Source of the DNA: Patescibacteria group bacterium | GTDB taxonomy: Bacteria; Patescibacteriota; Microgenomatia; 2-02-FULL-39-11 | Reading direction: 5' to 3' | NCBI GenBank assembly: GCA_023379265.1 | Contig: JAMCUI010000013.1 | Location: 11,576-75,575, forward strand | Length of the DNA stretch: 64,000 nucleotides | Part shown: positions 57,120 through 64,000 of the stretch, piece by piece | How positions within the stretch are numbered: the stretch's first letter is position 1 | How the letters are laid out: each line of letters opens with the position of its first letter | Notes under the pieces: model-generated | What the model was told of the DNA's origin: nothing | Database searches by the model: none | Seen by the model: only the letters and a program-made list of their open reading frames with translations | Position numbers and translations under genes: made by a program

Positions 57120-58171
57120 ACTTGTTTCCCAAAACCTTCTTTTACCAAAACTTTCCCTTCTGAAAATACTTTAGTACCCCGTATGAACACATTTTTAATT
57201 TTCCCCCTTATTTCCCAACCTGCATACGGACTCCAACCGCATTTTGTGAATAAATTTTTATTTTCAATAATATATTTTTCTTGTGTATCTACCTCTATAT
57301 AAGTTTCTTTATCCTGCTTAAAACCAAAGATTTTCTGCGGATTAACATTAATCAGTCTTACTAAATCGTCCAGAGATAATCTTTCTTGAGATACCGCATT
57401 TAACATTAAAGGAACCATTGTTTCTACTCCTGGTAAACCAAATGGTGGAATTTCACCTTTTTTTTCTTCGGAAGTATGAGGTGCATGATCTGTAGCTATG
57501 CAATCAATAAACCCTAGATTCTCCCAAAGAAAGTCAACATCATCCTCTGAAGCAAGAGGCGGCTTTACCATAGCAAAACCTTTCATTGACTTGAGTTTAT
57601 CTTCAGTTAAAAACAGATGGTGGGGCGTCACGTCGCATGTTATTTTCAAACCTTCCTTTTTAGCTTTAATTATTTTTTTAAGTGAATACTTATTACTCAC
57701 ATGGGTAATATGCAACCTATTTTGATATTTTGAAGCTAATCTAATTGCCAAATCTATACTTTCATCTTCGGCATGCACCACTATGTTTTTTTTCTTTGGC
57801 CATTTTTTAAAAATTAGACTAACCAGGTCTGGATTCCCAACTACATACTTCCCCGTCGTCAAACTTAGATATAATTTTAGACCTACTACTCGTCTTGCAA
57901 CTTTTTCAAATAACTCAGTATTTTTGCCATCTGTCCCAAAATACAAACCATAATCACAGACAGCTTTTTCTCTCGCTTCCCGTTCTTTTTTTTCAAGCGC
58001 CTCAATGGAAAATATAGGCTCAAGATTATTGGGCATGTCAAAAACAGAGGTCACTCCACCCGCTATTGCTGCACATGTACCGGTGTAAAAATCTTCTTTG
58101 TTGGTTTGTCCTGGATCACGTAAATGGACGTGGATATCGATAAAACCGGGAAGACGAAGTATTTTGGGCAT
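57104..58171 (-). CDS. pyrC: Dihydroorotase
   Basis: PGFIDIHVHLRDPG, DMPN, HAED, TPHHLFL, TDHAPH. Confidence 0.95.
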   Translation of the reverse strand: MPKILRLPGFIDIHVHLRDPGQTNKEDFYTGTCAAIAGGVTSVFDMPNNLEPIFSIEALEKKEREAREKAVCDYGLYFGTDGKNTELFEKVARRVVGLKLYLSLTTGKYVVGNPDLVSLIFKKWPKKKNIVVHAEDESIDLAIRLASKYQNRLHITHVSNKYSLKKIIKAKKEGLKITCDVTPHHLFLTEDKLKSMKGFAMVKPPLASEDDVDFLWENLGFIDCIATDHAPHTSEEKKGEIPPFGLPGVETMVPLMLNAVSQERLSLDDLVRLINVNPQKIFGFKQDKETYIEVDTQEKYIIENKNLFTKCGWSPYAGWEIRGKIKNVFIRGTKVFSEGKVLVKEGFGKQVQMDD

Positions 58172-59106
58172 TATTGGTTTCTTAAAATAAGATCCAGTAT
58201 AGCCATTCTGACATACATTCCGTTTCTTACCTGTTTGGTCATAAAGATGGATCTGGGATCACCATCAATTTCAGAATCTATTTCGCCCACCCTGGGCAAA
58301 CAGTGCATAATTATGCTGTTTTTTTTCATTTTACTAATCAATTTTCTATCTACAACATAACTTCCTTGGACTTTATGATAAAGTTCCTCTGACATATATT
58401 CCTTTTTAACACGTGTAACATAAAGCACATCAACTTTAGGAAGAAGATTATCAAATTCATTGTATTCTTCAAAAGATATATTGTGCTCTTTCAAATATTT
58501 TCGTACGTTATCAGGTAGCGAGACCTCCTCAGGAGTAGCAAAACTCATCTTAATACCAGGATAGTTAACCAATAATTTAGCTAGAGAATTTGTAGGTCGG
58601 TAGTGTGCCAAATCCCCGATCATAAGAATATGGAGGTTATTTAATCTTTTGAATGCCTGTTTTATGGTAAACAAATCGATTAACGCCTGACTGGGATGTT
58701 CATTTATTCCGTCACCCGCATTGACTACAGGGATTTCGGCAAATTTAGCAGCTATGCCCGCTGCACCCCCAGTTGGATGGCGCATCACGATTATATCGGC
58801 GTACGAAGAAAATACTTTCGCTGTATCCTCTAAAGTCTCTCCTTTAGCAATCGACGTATTGGCCATGCCGTTTAGAGGAATTATGCCTCCTCCCAGTCTT
58901 TGCATGGAGGTGATAAAAGAGGAAAAAGTCCTACTTGAAGGTTCAAAAAAAAGTGCAGCCATTATCCTGCCTTTCAAACTATCATTTCCGCCTCTCTTGC
59001 CTACCAGCTTTTCCATCTCTTCTGCCTTTTCAAAGATAAGATGAACATTATCCCTATTTAGATTATCTACAGTAATAAGATCTTTTTGGAAAAGAATATT
59101 CTTCAT
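58171..59106 (-). CDS. pyrB: Aspartate carbamoyltransferase
   Basis: FFEPSSRT, KGETLEDT, MRH, NAGDG..EHPSQAL, MHCLPR. Confidence 0.96.
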   Translation of the reverse strand: MKNILFQKDLITVDNLNRDNVHLIFEKAEEMEKLVGKRGGNDSLKGRIMAALFFEPSSRTFSSFITSMQRLGGGIIPLNGMANTSIAKGETLEDTAKVFSSYADIIVMRHPTGGAAGIAAKFAEIPVVNAGDGINEHPSQALIDLFTIKQAFKRLNNLHILMIGDLAHYRPTNSLAKLLVNYPGIKMSFATPEEVSLPDNVRKYLKEHNISFEEYNEFDNLLPKVDVLYVTRVKKEYMSEELYHKVQGSYVVDRKLISKMKKNSIIMHCLPRVGEIDSEIDGDPRSIFMTKQVRNGMYVRMAILDLILRNQ

Positions 59107-59116
59107 ACTTCAATAA

Positions 59117-62100
59117 TTATTTCACATATTCATCCCAGGATTTTATTTGCAATTTATCTAGATTATACCTGAAAAGGGCTTCAACAAATATATTGGCAAT
59201 TGTTGCTTTAGTAAATAAAGGTATATTTACATCAACCGCGGCCCTTCTTATAAGAAAACCGTCTGTTTCTTCCTTAATTTGGTGTTTAATTGCCAAATCA
59301 CTTCTATCGGAAAGATTTATTACCATACCGACTTTCCTGCTATTTATTATGTCTACTACGTTTGGAAATCCTTTCTCATGTACCTTGTAAACAAACTTTG
59401 CCGGAATGCCGTTTTCCTTCAAAAAACTTGAAGTATTCTGGGTAGCATACAACTTAAAACCCATAAAGTGAAGCGTCTTTACTGTAGAAAGAAGCCGCTC
59501 TTTACCCTCTTCTCCTCCCAGTGACACTAGAGCGCTTTTTTTGGGAAACTCAAGACCGGTTGAAAGAAGTGACTTAAGATAAGCCTCGTAGATATCTTTT
59601 CCGAAGCTGGCTACCTCTCCTGTTGAAGCCATCTCGACCCTTAAGACAGGATCAACATGGCGCAATCTTGTGAAAGAAAAATGAGGCACTTTTACCCCAT
59701 AACCCCGACTATGTTTTTCTCTGACTTTTGGTACGTTCTTTAAGAGCATAATCGATGTCGCGACGGTGATAAAATTTAATCCCATTACTTTTGATACGAA
59801 CGGAAAACTCCTCGAAGATCGCAAATTAGCTTCTATTACCAATATTTCTGGCATTCTGCAGCCGGTTTCGTTTATAATATACTGAATATTGAACGGACCA
59901 TCTATATTCAAAGCTTTACATATTTTCTGAGAGATTTTTTTAATTTCCCTCACTGACTCTGTCGAAAGGGAAAAATTTGGCAATACGAGTGAAGCGTCAC
60001 CCGAATGAACTCCTGCATGCTCAATATGTTCTGAAATTGCAAAGACCTTAACCTTGCCCTTTTGGGCTACAGCGTCAAAGTCCACTTCTTTTGCTCCCCT
60101 TATAAATTTTGAAATGACCATTGGATATTCAGGATTAAGAAGCACTCCCGTTTGGGAAAGATAATCTGAAAATTGTTGAGAAGAATAAGCGACAAACATC
60201 GCTCTTCCTGAAAGGACATAAGATGGCCTTACCAATACCGGATACCCTATTTTTTGCGCAAAGTTAAGCGCTTCATTTCTATTTGACAGGCGTCTCCATT
60301 GGGGCTGCAATATCTTAAGTTTATCAAGAAGTGCAGAAAATTTTTGCCTGTCCTCTGCCATATCGATTGACTTAGCACTTGTACCAAGAATTTTTACTCC
60401 TGAATCAACCAGTTTCGGAGCAAGTGTGTTTGGGATTTGTCCCCCAACCGATACGATAAACGGACATTTTTCAAAATCGGAAATATCCAAAACCCTTTCT
60501 AAAGTCAGTTCTTCAAAATATAGTTTATCGGAAATATCATAATCTGTTGACACAGTCTCAGGATTACAGTTAATCATAATTGTTTGGTAACCGAGCTTTC
60601 TTGCAGTAATTACGCTATTTACAGCACACCAGTCAAATTCTACTGAAGACCCTATCTGATATGATCCGCCACCCAAAACCGCTACCTTTTTACCGGTACT
60701 TTGGGAAATATCGTCCTGTTGCCTGTGATACGACATGTACAAATAATTTGTTTTTGCAGGGAACTCACCGGCCAAAGTATCAATCTGACAGACTTTTGGT
60801 ATGATGCCGTTTTTCTTCCTAAATAGTCTCATGTCATGTTCAGTCTTTTTGAAAATCATACCCAACTGCTTATCTGAATATCCCAGTTTTTTGGCTTTAA
60901 GGATAAGATAAGGGGTTTCAACTTTCTTTTCCAGCATACTTTTCAGGTGATCGGCAATATTCTTGATTCTTTCCAGAAACCATTTGTCTATCCCTGTTTG
61001 TTTATAAATATCATCAATATTTTGGCCAAAGAATATATTGTGGGCGATCTTGTAAGGACGTGACGGGGTTGGACTCAAGTCCGGAAAAATATTACATTCA
61101 GCCTCTCTTCCACCTTCTAAAAGAGCCATAACCGAATCGGAAATAATCCCTTCGTACTTTATATCAAGTGATCTTATGGCTTTTTGGAATGCCTCTTCGA
61201 AAGTACGGCCGATAGACATTACTTCGCCTACGCTTTGCATTTCGCTACCTATCAATTCTTCAGCATCCTTGAACTTCAAAAAATCCCACCTTGGGATTTT
61301 CACTACGACATAATCAAGTGCAGGCTCAAAAAAGGCACTGGTAGCTCCGGTTACTTGATTTTGGATTTCGGAAAGAGAGTAACCTAAGGCTAACTTTGCG
61401 GCGATATATGCTAGAGGGTAACCGGTCGCTTTTGAAGCAAGAGCGCTCGAACGAGACAATCTGGCGTTTACTTCTATTATTCTGTAATCACCATTTTTGG
61501 GACTTAGACCGAACTGTATATTGCATTCTCCCACCACCGGAAGGGATTTGACAACTTCAATCGCAATTTTCCTTAAAGAATGGTATTCTTTATTGTTTAA
61601 GGTCTGTGAGGGCGCCACGACAATTGACTCTCCAGTATGAATACCCATCGGGTCAAAGTTTTCCATGTTACAGACGGTAATTGTATTATCATATGCATCA
61701 CGGACAACTTCATATTCTATCTCCTTCCAGTGTTCAAGATATTCCTCTATTAATATCTGCGGAGTCAGAGCCAATGCTTTTGAACCAATTTTTATCAGCT
61801 CCTCTATATTTCTGGCTACGCCCGATCCCAGCCCCCCAAGTGAAAAACCCGCACGGACAATTACGGGAAAAGATAACCCCCCAATCACAGTTTTAAGTTT
61901 GTTAGTATCCCTGCAAACAACACTTTTTGGTACCTTAAACCCTAAATCCATTATGCACTTTCTGAAAAGAAGACGGTCTTCAGTTTTTTCTATCGCACTG
62001 ACAGGTGTTCCCAGAATCTTCACATGATATTTTTTGAAAACTCCCTTTTTAGCCAATGTTAGACCACAATTTAGGGCAGTTTGACCACCAAATCCTAGAA

Positions 62101-62362
62101 GAATTCCATCCGGTTTTTCCTTTTCAATCACTTTCTGGACAAAATAAGGTGTAACTGGAAGAAAATAAATCTTATCGGCAAAATCAGAAGATGTCTGAAT
62201 GGTGGCAATGTTCGGGTTAATAATAATCGTTTTTATGCCCTCTTCACGCAATGCCTTCGCAGCTTGGGAACCTGAATAGTCGAATTCACCTGCCTCTCCT
62301 ATCTTAAGAGCGCCTGAACCCAAGAGTATAACTTTTTTTAGTTTTGAATTTTTTGAAACCAT
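59117..62362 (-). CDS. carB: Carbamoyl-phosphate synthase large subunit
   Basis: GEFDYSGSQA, SRSSALASKATGYPLA, EFDWC, NCNPETVSTDYD, MGS domain. Confidence 0.98.
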   Translation of the reverse strand: MVSKNSKLKKVILLGSGALKIGEAGEFDYSGSQAAKALREEGIKTIIINPNIATIQTSSDFADKIYFLPVTPYFVQKVIEKEKPDGILLGFGGQTALNCGLTLAKKGVFKKYHVKILGTPVSAIEKTEDRLLFRKCIMDLGFKVPKSVVCRDTNKLKTVIGGLSFPVIVRAGFSLGGLGSGVARNIEELIKIGSKALALTPQILIEEYLEHWKEIEYEVVRDAYDNTITVCNMENFDPMGIHTGESIVVAPSQTLNNKEYHSLRKIAIEVVKSLPVVGECNIQFGLSPKNGDYRIIEVNARLSRSSALASKATGYPLAYIAAKLALGYSLSEIQNQVTGATSAFFEPALDYVVVKIPRWDFLKFKDAEELIGSEMQSVGEVMSIGRTFEEAFQKAIRSLDIKYEGIISDSVMALLEGGREAECNIFPDLSPTPSRPYKIAHNIFFGQNIDDIYKQTGIDKWFLERIKNIADHLKSMLEKKVETPYLILKAKKLGYSDKQLGMIFKKTEHDMRLFRKKNGIIPKVCQIDTLAGEFPAKTNYLYMSYHRQQDDISQSTGKKVAVLGGGSYQIGSSVEFDWCAVNSVITARKLGYQTIMINCNPETVSTDYDISDKLYFEELTLERVLDISDFEKCPFIVSVGGQIPNTLAPKLVDSGVKILGTSAKSIDMAEDRQKFSALLDKLKILQPQWRRLSNRNEALNFAQKIGYPVLVRPSYVLSGRAMFVAYSSQQFSDYLSQTGVLLNPEYPMVISKFIRGAKEVDFDAVAQKGKVKVFAISEHIEHAGVHSGDASLVLPNFSLSTESVREIKKISQKICKALNIDGPFNIQYIINETGCRMPEILVIEANLRSSRSFPFVSKVMGLNFITVATSIMLLKNVPKVREKHSRGYGVKVPHFSFTRLRHVDPVLRVEMASTGEVASFGKDIYEAYLKSLLSTGLEFPKKSALVSLGGEEGKERLLSTVKTLHFMGFKLYATQNTSSFLKENGIPAKFVYKVHEKGFPNVVDIINSRKVGMVINLSDRSDLAIKHQIKEETDGFLIRRAAVDVNIPLFTKATIANIFVEALFRYNLDKLQIKSWDEYVK

Positions 62363-62364
62363 TT

Positions 62365-62562
62365 ATAAAATAATCAAACAGCCGCTCAGTATCCGTGGGT
62401 CCTGGACTCAATGTTTCTTCACCCGGTCCTCAGAGCGTTTGATAAAATAGTCAAACAGCCGCTCAGTATCCGTGGGTCCTGGACTCAATGTTTCTTCACC
62501 CGGTCCTCAGAGCGTTTGATAAAATAGTCAAAAAGCCATTCAGTATCCGTGGGACCTGGACT
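62365..62562. repeat. 77-bp tandem repeat (~2.6 copies, A-B-A-B-A) at the carA/carB junction
   Basis: TCAAA(C/A)AGCC recurs at 62374, 62451 and 62528; 44-bp A unit is the carA 3' coding sequence. Confidence 0.95.
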
Positions 62563-63591
62563 TGCTTCGGGATGAAACTGTACACTGAAAAATGGTAATG
62601 TCTTGTGATGAATACCCTCATTGGTACCATCATTTAGGTTCGTAAACCATATTTTCCAATCCTTTGACAAGGTTGAAGGAATAGATGCATACCCATGATT
62701 TTGGGAAGTAATATAACACTTATCTGTCAGCTCGTTTTTCACCGGCTGGTTCTGACTGCGATGCCCATATTTCAGTTTATAAATCTCTCCACCGGCAGCA
62801 AGAGTAAGCACCTGATGTCCCAAACAGATACCAAAGGTCGGGATTTTCCTTCTTAGTACTTCTTTCACCGTTTCTATTGTCTCTCTCATTGTTCTAGCAT
62901 CTCCCGGACCGTTACTAATGAATACGGCATCAAATTTGATATTATTATCGCTCTGGAATGGATTATAATCCCATGGAACTTGAATGACGGTAGTATCATA
63001 TTTTGTAAGAATCCTAATCTGGTTATACTTTAACCCGCAATCAATAAATAATATTTTTATACTTCCGTTTCCATACCGGGCTATTTTTTTACAGCTTACA
63101 AATGGTATAAGATTATCTTTATTAATATCATAAAAAGTAAACCCCGATAAATTTCGGGGTTTTTCAAATGTAACTATACCTCTCATGACGCCTTTTTCGC
63201 GAAGGGTTTTAGTTAAAGTCCGGGTGTCAATTCCTGATAATGCCGGAACGCCTTCTTCCTTTAACCACGTTGACAGTGTTTTTCCTGACTGCCAATGACT
63301 TGTGCCATCAATATTACTTTCAACCACCAAACCTCTTATTTGTATTTTTCCAGATTCAAACAAACCGTCAATCTTCCGATTTTTGCTGCTTGAAGGCACG
63401 CCGTAATTCCCTATAAGGGGATACGTCATCACCAATATCTGTCCGAAGTATGAAGGATCAGTAAAACTTTCAGGGTATCCCACCATTCCTGTATTAAAAA
63501 CAACTTCTCCTTTAATTTCCTTTTCATCTCCAAAGGACTCACCTTCAAGAACATCTCCATTTTCCAGTATCAAATATCCTTTTTTAGCCAT
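62485..63591 (-). CDS. carA: Carbamoyl-phosphate synthase small subunit
   Basis: GEVVFNTGMVGY, TDPSY, SNGPGD, GICLGHQ, SQNHGY, QFHPEASPGP. Confidence 0.97.
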   Translation of the reverse strand: MAKKGYLILENGDVLEGESFGDEKEIKGEVVFNTGMVGYPESFTDPSYFGQILVMTYPLIGNYGVPSSSKNRKIDGLFESGKIQIRGLVVESNIDGTSHWQSGKTLSTWLKEEGVPALSGIDTRTLTKTLREKGVMRGIVTFEKPRNLSGFTFYDINKDNLIPFVSCKKIARYGNGSIKILFIDCGLKYNQIRILTKYDTTVIQVPWDYNPFQSDNNIKFDAVFISNGPGDARTMRETIETVKEVLRRKIPTFGICLGHQVLTLAAGGEIYKLKYGHRSQNQPVKNELTDKCYITSQNHGYASIPSTLSKDWKIWFTNLNDGTNEGIHHKTLPFFSVQFHPEASPGPTDTEWLFDYFIKRSEDRVKKH

Positions 63592-63779
63592 AATAAAACA
63601 CTTCACGACTAATAGTTTGATTATCCACTTTTATACGGGTTTGTATTAAACTAAAGGACAGACTTTTTTCAAAAGGTAGTTCTGGGATTATATTTTAGTT
63701 ATTTTTTCAGTGTTTAGCAAGTGCTTTCGTACTTATAAAATAAGAGATTGTATTGGATCTTGTATCGGATGGATCTTGT

Positions 63780-64000
63780 TTATGGCATGGATCGTGGCCG
63801 TCTGCGCCGAAGCACTTTCAAAGCAATAACTGATCTTCTGAAAAGAGCCTGAGCCTCAAGAAGAGCTGTACCGCTTGGTTTTGATTTTAAGGCTGCCTCG
63901 GCCCTTTCCTTAGCTTCCAATACTTCTTTCTCATTTATTTCTTCAGCATGATAAGCTGATGTAACAAGGATTGTTGTTTTCTGCGGGGTTACCTCTATAA
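63780..64000 (-). CDS. atpC: F1Fo ATP synthase epsilon subunit, C-terminal part
   Basis: Manual translation IEVTPQKTTILVTSAYHAEEINEKEVLEAKERAEAALK...ALFRRSVIALKVLRRRRPRSMP*. Confidence 0.85.
   Translation of the reverse strand, partial: IEVTPQKTTILVTSAYHAEEINEKEVLEAKERAEAALKSKPSGTALLEAQALFRRSVIALKVLRRRRPRSMP

Noticed and set aside
62365-62562. Repeat-spacer pattern resembling a CRISPR array
   Set aside because: The two spacers are identical, the repeat is carA coding sequence, and no cas operon is present
63592-63779. PyrR-binding attenuator upstream of carA
   Set aside because: No AGUCCAGAGAGGCU-like motif or clear terminator found

Overview
Gene-dense bacterial window. Its style (short HolA, few Shine-Dalgarno sites, CCA-less tRNAs, many orphan ORFs) suggests a CPR/Patescibacteria, Microgenomates-like genome; this taxonomy is inferred. 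It has three parts. (1) 1-13 kb holds housekeeping and orphan genes (holA, ychF, rplS, sod, YraN, PfkB) and tRNA-Glu with a small AT-rich islet at its 3' end. (2) About 13,064-28,084 is an AT-rich ~15 kb element integrated at the 3' end of tRNA-Lys(TTT). Its large serine recombinase reads through the tRNA antisense, while an in-frame alternative 39-aa C-terminus sits at the other junction, so integration appears to swap the enzyme's tail. The element also carries an 8-gene type I RM + nuclease + HEPN-like operon, a tyrosine recombinase paired with a RarA/MgsA C-terminal-like protein, and an HTH replication-initiator-like gene with internal iteron-like repeats. (3) 31.5-63.6 kb is a ~32 kb de novo purine + pyrimidine supercluster. 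It has two archaeal-type PurP genes, class II PurE, a PurN-PurD fusion, CAD-like carA/carB/pyrB/pyrC, an embedded M24-fold gene, no purH/purO/purK/pyrK/guaA within the window, and an inverted aspartase-family/malic-enzyme pair. All calls come from motif recognition by eye; no searches were run.
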